Shown: positions 11,515 to 25,139 of the stretch, one piece after another | Numbering within the stretch: the first letter of the stretch is position 1 | Layout: every line of letters starts with the position of its first letter | Source of the DNA: Octopus bimaculoides | Lineage: Eukaryota | DNA: 64,000 nt | Reading direction: 5' to 3' | Assembly (NCBI RefSeq): GCF_001194135.2 | Contig: NC_068988.1 | Location: forward strand, 39,654,311 to 39,718,310 | Position numbers and translations under genes: made by a program | The notes under the pieces: model-generated | Seen by the model: only the letters and a program-made list of their open reading frames with translations | What the model was told of the DNA's origin: nothing | Databases searched by the model: none

Positions 11515-12970
11515 ACCCGTTAAAAGGAGGACTGGGCATGCCGTGGTTGATGATGCGCAGACACGCGCTGAGACTGCGACATCTCCGGCTCTACGTAGAC
11601 AGCGGTGAACAGGTGTGGTCACCGTTTGTGCGGCGCGCTTTCCCGCAGCTCGTCTCCATGACCGAACTGCAGTCGTGGATCAAGAAGAGGCCGAGGAAGG
11701 GCGAATGGCACCGCGAGTGTCGCGCTGCTCTTCGGCAACTCCAACAACCCGGGTCAACCTTCAGCGACTGCATCACAACTAACGCATTCTATAGTGGATT
11801 AGTGGAGGGAAGGTACGACGACGATCTCGGGGCGAACCTGNNNNNNNNNNNNNNNNNNNNNNNNNNNNNNNNNNNNNNNNNNNNNNNNNNNNNNNNNNNN
11901 NNNNNNNNNNNNNNNNNNNNNNNNNNNNNNNNNNNNNNNNNNNNNNNNNNNNNNNNNNNNNNNNNNNNNNNNNNNNNNNNNNNNNNNNNNNNNNNNNNNN
12001 NNNNNNNNNNNNNNNNNNNNNNNNNNNNNNNNNNNNNNNNNNNNNNNNNNNNNNNNNNNNNNNNNNNNNNNNNNNNNNNNNNNNNNNNNNNNNNNNNNNN
12101 NNNNNNNNNNNNNNNNNNNNNNNNNNNNNNNNNNNNNNNNNNNNNNNNNNNNNNNNNNNNNNNNNNNNNNNNNNNNNNNNNNNNNNNNNNNNNNNNNNNN
12201 NNNNNNNNNNNNNNNNNNNNNNNNNNNNNNNNNNNNNNNNNNNNNNNNNNNNNNNNNNNNNNNNNNNNNNNNNNNNNNNNNNNNNNNNNNNNNNNNNNNN
12301 NNNNNNNNNNNNNNNNNNNNNNNNNNNNNNNNNNNNNNNNNNNNNNNNNNNNNNNNNNNNNNNNNNNNNNNNNNNNNNNNNNNNNNNNNNNNNNNNNNNN
12401 NNNNNNNNNNNNNNNNNNNNNNNNNNNNNNNNNNNNNNNNNNNNNNNNNNNNNNNNNNNNNNNNNNNNNNNNNNNNNNNNNNNNNNNNNNNNNNNNNNNN
12501 NNNNNNNNNNNNNNNNNNNNNNNNNNNNNNNNNNNNNNNNNNNNNNNNNNNNNNNNNNNNNNNNNNNNNNNNNNNNNNNNNNNNNNNNNNNNNNNNNNNN
12601 NNNNNNNNNNNNNNNNNNNNNNNNNNNNNNNNNNNNNNNNNNNNNNNNNNNNNNNNNNNNNNNNNNNNNNNNNNNNNNNNNNNNNNNNNNNNNNNNNNNN
12701 NNNNNNNNNNNNNNNNNNNNNNNNNNNNNNNNNNNNNNNNNNNNNNNNNNNNNNNNNNNNNNNNNNNNNNNNNNNNNNNNNNNNNNNNNNNNNNNNNNNN
12801 NNNNNNNNNNNNNNNNNNNTTTGATCGAACTCCCCCTTTTTCCCTTCCTACGATCCCTTTTGATCGACACCACCCCCTTTTTTTTTCCTTCCTCCCCCAT
12901 CCCAAAAAGAAAAGCTCTACATTGTATTTGTCCCATCTTCGTTGAGCCCTGTGTGGCTAATAAAAGAAAT
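11515..12970 (+). mobile_element. 5'-truncated L1/Tx1-like LINE: ORF2 post-RT region, gap, 3'UTR
   Basis: Open, GC- and CpG-rich frame PLKGGLGMPWL...(11518-11840), with the GGLG motif typical of L1/Tx1 ORF2 downstream of RT. N-gap at 11841-12819. 3'UTR ends AGCC-CTGTGT-GGCT AATAAAAGAAAT. (TATC)n lies on both sides. That both gap flanks belong to one element is inferred. Confidence 0.8.
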
Positions 12971-14718
12971 GTATCTATCTATCTATCTATCTACTAGCAT
13001 TAACTCTAAAGCAGAAATAATCTTATGAATGTATGTAGCCTACACATGAAAATATGTGCCATTATAAACTACTACAGTTAACCATTTCGGAAATAATAGC
13101 GGCAAATATACTATATCAAAGTGAATTGTCAAAATAGCAGATATGATCAAGTTAATCTATTTTAACTGTTTGATACTGCACCGTTTGAAGTGAAACAACG
13201 TTGAAGACATACAGCGGTCAACGTCCACTGTTGATGTAAAACAAGAAGAATATGCGTATCAGAATATCGAAAGAAGTGCGTAAAATGATATCAATAAAAT
13301 GATTTTTAATACTGGGTCATTGCTATCAATATATGGGCGAGGATTAGAGTCGATAAATCGACTTGACATGTACTTATTTTATCGACATTGCCAATCTGAA
13401 AGACATATGTAAAATACAGAAGGCGAAGATAAGAATGGCAATAGAAAAAGTAAATAGGACATACTGAAAGAATGCAATTCGTAGTTAAGATTTTGCTCTA
13501 CCGATTCTGCCAATCAATGACCTTAACATTGATAATTATATTATTCCATTATAATGTGGATATACCTATTCTCTAATATCTATTCTGTTATGTCATGAAG
13601 TTTATTTCTGAATTGTCAGGTAAAAGGCTATTTTTATATTGGGAGTCTGTGCAACACATACCGCCCTCAACACTACCTCCGTTGTTGGAATAGCACAGTT
13701 TATTTTCCTACCGTTTATTTACGTGTATGTATTCTACTGAGTATTTGCGTTATCAAGACACCAACATGCTTCAATAAAAGACTTGAAAGAATATGAAAAT
13801 TTCACAAGCAAACTCATTTCCCATTTTTTTTTATCTACAGTGGTTGCTAGGTAAATTTGGATGAAAGTATAAAATACGTTGTCCATAAAGCAATTCAGTG
13901 TCCGAGGTATGTTATGAGTACACATGAGTTCCGCTTACAAGTCACTGATATACCTGATAGCATATTACGACGCTTTATCATGATTTCACTAAATAAATAT
14001 AATAAGGTAGCGTTTATTTCAATTGCTTCTAGCTAGGATACTATATTAATTACAGAACCAATTCATATTTACTACATTATATTACAAGTAGTTCGGTTCC
14101 ATGGCAGCAGTTACCATTTTTTGACATTATAGTTTTTAGTATGAAAGAAAATTTGTATTTCCCTAACTCAGCTTATCCTCAGAAATTGAGATAAACTTCT
14201 GGAGTTTAGACATCTGAGCTTCGAACGACATAGCATATTTGATTTTATCACAAATATACTGAATATAGGCGTATTATTGTATATAATTGCGTATTGTTTA
14301 CATGCATATATTGCACAAATCTAATTCTAGCACACAAGCACGCCTTCCTAAACGCATTAAACGCACATATGTCAATATATGCGTGTGTTTTGTGTGTGAG
14401 TGTTCATGTGTACATGTGCATGTGTGTGAATATATATGTATATTTGCATGTATGTATGTATGTATGTATGTATGTATACGTATATTCTACAGAAAATAAT
14501 GAATTTCTTGAATGCAGGAAGGCTGCTTAGAAACTGGGGTAAATACACTTACGAAGACGGAAATAAGAAATAAATGGCCAGCAAACCTCCACAGGGAATT
14601 TATCTCGATTTTCAAAGGTGTCTCCACAACCATTTTGCGTTCGAGTATTGCTTTATATTCTGTAGAGTACCGACACACACGGTAGTTATAAGTTTGTTTA
14701 CAAAATGTTCTCATATAT

Positions 14719-14757
14719 AGGCGCAGGGGTGACTGCGTGGTAAGAAACTTGCTTCCG
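14719..14757 (+). mobile_element. SINE family B head fragment
   Basis: AGGCGCAGGGGTGACTGCGTGGTAAGAAACTTGCTTCC; similarity stops abruptly at about 14757. Confidence 0.55.
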
Positions 14758-15960
14758 GTGAACCAGAGTGGACGTGATTTTGTTGCGCTCCGTTTATTGA
14801 AAGGAAAAAAGAACAAAAACAGAGAAGGTCGGCGAGGTAGGTGATTTTGTTCTATCTTAGCTGTGCGTAATTTTGTTATATTGTAATTTTTGTTAATAAA
14901 TTTCGCACAGATCTGGGACAATTTCACTGGCTCTCGGCGGCTGCTGTGTTTTCGTACATTGTGAATCCTTTGTATGCTCGCCACAAGAATTATTTCTATT
15001 TTTGGATTTTCTGAAGACTTATGTATCCGGAATTTTTCTGAAAGACTTTTTACTTGTTATGAAAAAAAAAAAAAAAGACAATTAATTTCAACAACACGGC
15101 GAACTTGACTGTATCGTGGATTAATTTGTGAAAAAAGGAAAATTTTTTGAAAATTTACGAAGATTTTCACAATTGGATTATATTACAGGCACCTGTGTTT
15201 GTGTGCTGAACGTTGGATTGATTGTATTGGAGTGTACGGACTTGGATTAGGAGTTCAAAACACGCCAGAGGACAGATTTAACTGTGAACATTTTTTCTTT
15301 TTGTTTGTTAATTTTTATTTTTATTTTGTACAGTTAAATATGGATAATAATACCGTTTTGGAGTGGGAATTATGACCATACAAGAAATGGTTAAAAGAAA
15401 TGGATGAAAGAACGGTGGTGTTGCGGACGTATTCTAAGTCAGTAGACACCATTACGGTCTTTCCTCAAGTGGATATCGAGAGAAAGTTGGTGGAACATCT
15501 GCCTACCATTAAGTTTATGACCAGGGATGTCAAGTACGCAACAGTTTGGTTGCTATTTGACACCCCTGAGGTGGCACGCAATTTTGCGAGCCAGCCCTTT
15601 GAAGGGTAGGACATTTTGTTTCTCCCTACCTATTGCGGGAAAAAATTGACTCGTGCTTCGATTTATGGGCTGCCACCCAGCATAGCGTCTGAGTGGATAA
15701 AAGATACTATCCGCCGGGGTCTTGGTGGCAGTGGATCCAAGCTACTAAATGTAAAAATATTGCCTTTAGCTGATTGGGTTGGGTCAAAAGCTGTTTTGAC
15801 CATATGGACCCAATCAGCTAAAGATCTGGTTCTTCCAGATTTTCTAAGGATGGCCGGGCGCAGGTATCCGGTGATCGTTGAGGGACGCCCTCCCCCCAAG
15901 TGTCACCTGTGCCTGGAGTCTGGCCATATTAGGAAGAACTGCCTCCAAGGCCCTGGAGCA
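14758..15960 (+). mobile_element. 5' part of a second L1/Tx1-like element (5'UTR plus ORF1), 3' end lost
   Basis: ORF1 with a complete zinc knuckle. The 5' boundary is inferred from where the SINE head stops. The sequence runs into (TACA)n at about 15975. Confidence 0.65.
15340..15960 (+). pseudogene. L1/Tx1-type ORF1 with two in-frame stops; CX2CX4HX4C zinc knuckle
   Basis: ATG at 15340; in-frame stops at 15373 and 15607 join the track ORFs 15400-15609 and 15616-. Contains ERTVVLRT, LPTYCGK and CHLCLESGHIRKNC (15901-15942). Confidence 0.85.
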
Positions 15961-16306
15961 AGAAAAAGTGTACAAACGTACACACATAGATATTATATAC
16001 ATACGCACATATACACATACATGTATACACATACATGTATACACATACTTGCAAGCATGCATACATACATACATATATACATACTACATACAAACATGTG
16101 TATGCGCAGACACACTGACCCACAAACATGCGCACGAACAAACAAAAAGAACGCAGCTCGGATAACGGACAGAGTTGAAAAGGTTGCAAGACGCAACGAA
16201 AATATTTTGAAAAATAAATGAGTGGAAACTTTACCGGTGAGTGTGTTAAATAATAAGGCACTAAAAGGGAATGACTCGCCCCAGACACACCAAAATTTTG
16301 TGTGCT

Positions 16307-16374
<68 letters not shown>

Positions 16375-17113
16375 GCAAATGAAAGACAGAAGATGGAATA
16401 TACGAGAATTTATCACGACAATTCCAGCATCAATCCGTCATGGGTGGGACACTCACCAAATGGTTTAGGAGTATCCGACATTGCAGATGTATCTCATCGG
16501 GTAATCGATAGACACAACTTGTTAAAATAACAGTTCTGCAATGTAACTTCCGTTTTGTAGAAAGAAAAGCAGCCAGACGGAAGAAATATCGCCATTTACA
16601 TAGAAGATCGAAAGTAAAATCACTGGTGGGAAAAACAGAAACGAACACGCCTTAACTGAATATCAAATTGGCTTAAAGGCATTAAGAAACCTCACGCAAT
16701 ATACGACCTGATATGTTTTTATGTTCTCCATCACTTTAAATTCTCTGATTCTTTAAATGTAATGTTTTAGATGATTAAACCCGAATTGTTTAAGACTGAA
16801 AAAAAAAAGAGGGAATGTCTTTCTTGTGGAACTAACTAGAATGCATACGTGTATCCATGCCTATAGGTACATGCACATAGATATAATACAAGTAAACTTA
16901 TCTTCCCGCTGATAAAACTGAGTACATTTCTTCAATATCGGTTTTCGTAACACATGTAGAAGATCATGTTCGCTTCAAATGAAGTTTATGATAGACTTAA
17001 TAAACGAACAAAAGTAAACAAAAACCCCAGAATTAAAGATAAAATAATATTTTGAAATAGAATTACAGTGATATTTACTAAGTTAATGAAAACAGATTAT
17101 ATTTCCAAAATTG

Positions 17114-17243
17114 AAATTACACCTGCTTAAAATAAAACATACACTTTTCCAGAAAATGTGGAAAATAACATGAAATAAATTACACCTGCTTAAAATAAAA
17201 CGTACACTTTTCCAGAAAATGTGGAAAATAACATGAAATAAAT
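17114..17243. repeat. 63-bp tandem duplication (one mismatch)
   Basis: AAATTACACCTGCTTAAAATAAAAC... at 17114 and 17177. Confidence 0.92.
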
Positions 17244-17344
17244 GTTTACTTCGTAGTGGTGATATAAGATTTACACTATGTCGGGATTATAAATGACTGA
17301 CACACAAAAATATACACTCGTGTTCAATGTGCAAAATGATTTTT

Positions 17345-17548
17345 TTCACCCCAAGTTCGGGGTCAATAACATCGATCCCAGTGCTCAACTGGTATTTATT
17401 TTATCGACCCTGAAAGATGAAAGGAAAACCTCTGTGGAATTTGAACTCAGAACGTTGACCTCGATGGAATTTGAACTTAGAACGTAAACGGACCAAACGC
17501 CGCTATTTGTTTTGTCTGGTGTGTTAACGATTCTGCCAGCTCACTGAA
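17345..17548 (-). mobile_element. SINE family A with an internal 30-bp duplication
   Basis: ACGATTCTGCCAGCTCAC head on the minus strand; ACCTC..TGGAATTTGAACT.AGAACGT repeated at 17428 and 17458. Confidence 0.85.
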
Positions 17549-17703
17549 TTTGCTTGAATAAATTGCATCAATTCAGTTACAAATAATTGGTTCTGTTCAT
17601 TAAGTGTAATTTGTGTAGCGAAATAAGACTACACATGTCTCTTGACTATTTAGCTATCAAAACATGCAGATGAATATGTGTGTACAGACATACGTAGGTA
17701 CAT

Positions 17704-17732
17704 GTATATATATTTGTCTATCTATCTATTTA

Positions 17733-17786
<54 letters not shown>

Positions 17787-17852
17787 AGTCTGTCTGCCTG
17801 TCTGTCCGTCCGTCCGCATGTCTGTCTGTCTGTCTGTCCGCCCGTCCGTCTG

Positions 17853-17899
<47 letters not shown>

Positions 17900-17905
17900 C
17901 TGTCT
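17704..17905. repeat. Compound (TATC)n/(TGTC)n/(TCCG)n microsatellite
   Basis: Read directly from the sequence. Confidence 0.95.
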
Positions 17906-18393
17906 CTCTAGATTTGATGTTTATGGTCAAAAGTGAAGAAGAATTAATAGGGCTTTTTTAACTGAAAATATTTTAGGATCTATTGAAGTAACGTGAGTTG
18001 ATTGACAAAACTGTCATATCGAGTGATTCTGTTAAAGATGTGATAGGCGCTAGACTTGAATCAGGCATTGGTAAGAACAACCTATATAAAATAAGCATGA
18101 ACGAATGAATAGTTTTGTACGTCACAGTATAACCATTTGTATTCTTACCTGATGTCGCTAACACTCCCAAACTCTCCCTGCCTCTACGTAGCAACAGAGA
18201 CAGTAGTATTTGGTGTCGCTGTCTTGCCAATCGATGCCTATAACCTCAACTGACTATTGGAGTCCATTGCATTTTCTCAACAGAAGCAGTGTTATCTTCT
18301 TCAGATGAAAAGAGCAGTTATTAACGTCAACGTTAATATACTATCATAATACGTACATGAGTATTTCTATATGTATGCGCATACGTACAAGCT

Positions 18394-18428
<35 letters not shown>

Positions 18429-18429
18429 A

Positions 18430-18472
<43 letters not shown>

Positions 18473-18896
18473 TGAGAGAGACACAAACACAAAAAGCGGG
18501 GTTCACAGGATTCTTTATTCAAATCCACTACATTGTTTCGGCTCATTCCGCACCTCTAGCTCATAGGCGACAATAAATTGTCTCGTATCAGAGGTGTAGT
18601 ATGTGTCTTCTCGGGTTACTTCTTAAACGAGTACCTCGCTAGATCTACTGTTGATGACATGAGGTAGCCAAGACCTGCGGACAGGTAGCCAAGACCTAAG
18701 TTAACTATGTACACACATACACACACACACATATATATATACACATACACATGTGTGTGTATGTAATTATGTATGTATGTATGTATGTATGCATTTACGC
18801 ATGTATATAAGATTTTAATGTTAAAAAACGAGTGTCTGCAACATATACAGTGGTGTCATAAGTACTATACAACCACCGTATACACGACGATTTAAA

Positions 18897-19570
18897 AACA
18901 TCTCAGGGTGTAGAGTCTTAGCACCTGTAGTATATAAAGACATGACAGAGTCGGCCAGTATTTACACTGGACATTATGTCGGCATTATAAAATCAAAACC
19001 GCTGTGAAATGGTGTAAACACTATCCTGAATCTGTGACTGAGAGAGAAAATGTGTCGATTCTCTGGGACTTCCCCGTACATCCCGACAAAACTATAAAAG
19101 CTAATAAACCGGATATTATTATAAAAGATCAGACAAAGAAGATGTGTTTATTAATTGACATGAGTATTCCTTGCGATCACAATATAGCAGCGAAAGAATT
19201 TGACAAGATCAGTAAATATAAAGACTTGCTAATAAAAATTGAATGAATGTGGCATCTCAAGGCGACTACCGTACCAGCGATTGTAGGATCTCTAGGAATG
19301 ATAAAAAAAAAAGGTACTGAAACCTATTTGAAAATGATACCAGGTATACCATCCCTACAGGAAGTGCGAAAAATTGTGTTAACTTGAACGACTCATGTAC
19401 TGAGAAGAGCATTATCGCTGTGAAAACCACACCCATTCATGAATTTATTTATTTATAAATGTGTTTTTGAAATACATATTTTACCTGTGAATTTGCGTGT
19501 GTAAACTGGGAATGCATTCAATGAGCTTCTCTGCCCTAGGTGTATGGAAAACACTCGCAGAAAGAGTACA
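18897..19570 (+). mobile_element. R4/Dong-like non-LTR 3' fragment (RHD motif plus restriction-like endonuclease)
   Basis: ISGCRVLAP...RHDRVGQYLHWTLC...ILWDF...NKPDIIIKD...LIDMSIPCDHNI..KEFDKISKY; contains stops and frameshifts, followed by a 3'UTR. Confidence 0.85.
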
Positions 19571-19664
19571 AACCAATTGTTCAAGCGCATTTTGCTTTGC
19601 TATTAATTTCACCTTCTTTGCAACTACAGCTGCTGCACTTCGTCATGCTGTTCAACCTGGGGCA

Positions 19665-21074
<1,410 letters not shown>

Positions 21075-21077
<3 letters not shown>

Positions 21078-21288
21078 GTTTCAAATTTTTCCACAAGGGC
21101 ACCAGTTTTTGGGGAGGGGACGTGTCGATTACATCGACCCCAGCGTTTCACTGGTACTTAATTTATCGACCCCGAAAGGATGAAAGGCAAAATCAATCTT
21201 GACAGAATTTGAACTCAGAACGTAACGGCAGACGAAATACAGCTAAGCATTTCGCCCGGCATGCTAACAATTCTGCCAGCTCGACGCA
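21075..21288 (-). mobile_element. SINE family A
   Basis: Near full-length reverse complement of the 21702 copy. Confidence 0.92.
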
Positions 21289-21290
21289 TT

Positions 21291-21314
21291 AACAATCAAC
21301 AACAACAACAACAA

Positions 21315-21346
<32 letters not shown>

Positions 21347-21362
21347 GCAGCAGCAACATCAA
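21291..21362. repeat. (CAA)n/(CAG)n microsatellite
   Basis: Read directly from the sequence. Confidence 0.92.
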
Positions 21363-21701
21363 TAATGCCAGGCTGGTGGTTTGAGCAAATTATCGGATAG
21401 AATGCCTTCCCGTTTTCGTTTCGGCTCTGTACTCTGCGTTGAAGCTCCACCGCGCTCAGTTTTTATAATTTCGGCGTCGATAAGTAATGCAGCAGACCAC
21501 TATTTGTGTTGATACTCACCTTTTTTCTTTGGAAGAAATCATCGGTATTTAGGTTGTGAAAGTGTATGTCCCAGGCTTAAAATATACCCAAGTAAGGCTG
21601 CAAGCGGTGGAATTACTCTTGGAACACCATCAAGATTCAATACCCTCATTCACTTGCGTTATCTTCTCTTTAGATGAAGCCTCATCAATATTTCTGATGG
21701 T

Positions 21702-21912
21702 GAGGGCGGTGAGTTGTCAGAATCGTTAGCACACCAGGCGAAATGCTTAGCCGTATTTCGTCTGCCGTTACGTTCTACGTTCAAATTCAGCCGAGGTTGA
21801 CTTTGCCTTTCATCTTTTCAGGGTCGATACATTAAATACCAGTTGCGTACTGGAGTCGATCTAATCGGCACCCTTCTCCAAAATTTCGAGCTTTGTGCCT
21901 ACAGTAGAAAAG
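21702..21912 (+). mobile_element. SINE family A, full length, with TSD
   Basis: A-box-like and B-box-like motifs; perfect 15-bp TSD AATATTTCTGATGGT at 21687-21701 and 21913-21927. Confidence 0.95.
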
Positions 21913-22423
21913 AATATTTCTGATGGTAATTTAGCGTATCTATAAATAGATTGTAATTACTTTTACTTTTTGTTTACTTTTAATTTGGAATCACCCATCG
22001 CCATTGCTACAATTTGTAATTATCTTGTTAATTCTCATTTATCATTTGCTTGGATTGATTTAGTTCTAACGTAATAAAATTGATCTGTGATAAAACGAAG
22101 ATTAAACAAATGTTTTTATTGAGATCGTAAAATATAATAGTTTCATAAATCACACATTCTAAATGGAATTTAGAAGCTTAACTCTTACTTCTGTAGTTTA
22201 AGAAGAAACATGGATATCTATCCTCTTCCAAAGAATGCTATGCTAGTCAGTCAAAAGTACTTCTTCTACAAAGATTTACACTTCTTACTGAATACTGAGC
22301 TACAGAAGTAATTTCTGGCAAAACATTAAGTATATTGACATTGAACTTGTAATGATGGGAATTTCCACGCATTTAAAATAAAATGACATTGTGAATTCAA
22401 TAAATATTATTTTCTGCTTTACA

Positions 22424-22621
22424 CACAGGGCCCAAAATCTTTGGGGAGGGGGCCAGTCGATTAGATCGACTCAAGTACGCAACTGGTACTTAACTTATCG
22501 ACCTCGAAAGGATGAAAAGCAAAGTCGACCTCGGCGGAATTTTAACTTAGAACGTAAAGACAGACGAAATACCACTAAGCATTTCACCCGGTGTGCAAAA
22601 GTTTCTGCCAGCTCGCTGCCT
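22424..22621 (-). mobile_element. SINE family A
   Basis: Reverse-complement match over about 200 bp, ending TTCTGCCAGCTCGCTGCCT. Confidence 0.92.
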
Positions 22622-24443
22622 CGAATTCAATAAATATTAGGTGTTATATAAAAAGCCACGTAGTATTCGTTTCGGTACTGTCAGCTTTCAGTTCAGATGC
22701 TGCGGAGATCAGAGGTCAACATTACCTTTCATCATTTTGGAATATTAGTAAATAATAAATACCTCCTCCTGCTCCTGCTCCTCTTCCGTCTTCTCCACCT
22801 TCCCTTCTCTATCAAATTTTCTCTCTCTACAGTGAGAGAAATTAAATTATAATTCGATACTTGCTTTATGCAATACAGACAGTATTAATTTGCCTCACAT
22901 TATCGATACCAGTGAAAGTCTTATTTGCTGTTTCCAATACAAATCTCGTCTAAAAATGATTGTCTTTGTGTACACACCACTGATAAAGCCCAAGAAGGCC
23001 GAAATGAATCTGCCGTTCTGGTTAGCCAGTGATTGGCCAATATTCATATCCCTCTTATATATATATATATTGTGCTTGTAAACACAGCACGTCCACAAGA
23101 GATGTTATCTCTGGACAATTGTCGCAGTAAACTGACTTTCGACGATGTATCTACATAATACATGGATGGGTAATTTGATATTTACTCAAATATTTCTGCT
23201 ACTGAACTTCTTCATATAGTCAGTATTATTGGTCAAGACTGTGTGGCACTTCATAATGGAAGAGGTGGTTTTATCCCCCTATTCCAGGTGGAGAAATCCA
23301 GCTGGATTAACTATAGTTTTGATCCTTCGATGCACATGAAATAAATTATAATGATGTACTTGGACACATTATATCAACCAAAATCTGCTCTGAAAATTAG
23401 TGGAATTTTAATTAATGCAAGAAATTATTGCGATTACATCGTGGAAGACATGAGTTGACCATGCAGAAACATACAAAACCCGTCGCCCGAAACTGTGAAC
23501 TGTTTACTATAAAAAAATTTCGCTTCAAAATTTTGCAGAATATTTTGTTAGTGAACAGGTCGCAGTTTCGAGCGACCAAAATTATGACACTATACTACAA
23601 ATAAAAATTTAATTGCAGTTGATGGTCTTTATATATATGTATTTCTGGAGTGCTAGTTTCAGAACAATATCTCAGATCGAAGCATTTGCTATTCAAGTAA
23701 TCTAAAGTACATTCCCACAAGAAGTTATTAACAAACGAGTTATCACCAAAAGTTTTAATTTACTACTCAAATCAATTATAATTTTAATCAATTTTATATT
23801 ATAATTTTGAGCCGCTTGTCTTTCTGGACAGAAATTATCACTAACCCTCTTTATTTTTCTTCTCATTAAGAGTGTAACCGCAGTTGATTAAACATCAATT
23901 ACCTGCTCACTAAATATTTTCTTCTTTCGGAATACACTGGTAGGAAATATTTCTATGCTAGTATTTCTTCTGCACAAACAGTGAATGTTTATCTAACTCA
24001 ATACTATTTATATATTTCTATCGTCATTTTTAGACATGATAAGTACGATATACTTTACTGATGAGACCTAATAAAACCTAATTATATTTGAATCGTCACC
24101 GAAATTACCAAATGTTAGATTCACTGAAAACTGAATGCCTTCCTTTAAATTTTAATTAGCTTGGATTTCAGTTTTTTCTCGCCTTTGTTGTCAAGAATTA
24201 TCATTAATGTTAATGAGGTTCCGTTAATTAGGGGTTTTATTTTGATAGCCTCATAATTATATGTACTCATATACATTAAACATTTATTCTCCGCTTTATT
24301 ATAGCGAGAAATTAATATGGTAGAATAGCGTCATTAATGTCTCTCGTTTAGAATTTGATCGTTATCGAAAATAAAAATTTTAAACATATGTGGTTAAGTG
24401 GCTTGTGCAATAACTATGCCGTCCTGTGTTCAATCACAATTCA

Positions 24444-24970
<527 letters not shown>

Positions 24971-25139
24971 ATCCTAAGAATGGGGGCTTATTTGCAAGAG
25001 TGAAAACTAAAAACAAATTGTGAAGAGATGGAGGTGGAAACTTCTAAGAAGGTCGAAGAAGAGCTATTTAATAACATCGTCGAAATATGGTAACAAGATT
25101 AAATGAATGAATGTTTAATATCTCTTGAAAGGTGAGGAA

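Noticed and set aside
16380-16660. Possible RT remnant (GGTLTKWF...GVR-like)
   Set aside because: It needs several frameshifts to match and is too degenerate to call without a search.
17975-18240. Minus-strand donor CAG|GTAAGA (18148) with a 67-nt intron-like segment
   Set aside because: No splice combination gave a convincing or recognisable reading frame.
18500-18620. Structured minus-strand segment with GCCGAAAC...GTA and AATAAA; similar partial hammerhead-like bits at about 24058, 28100, 32640 and 54290
   Set aside because: The CUGANGA core or stem II is broken in each, so none can be supported by eye.
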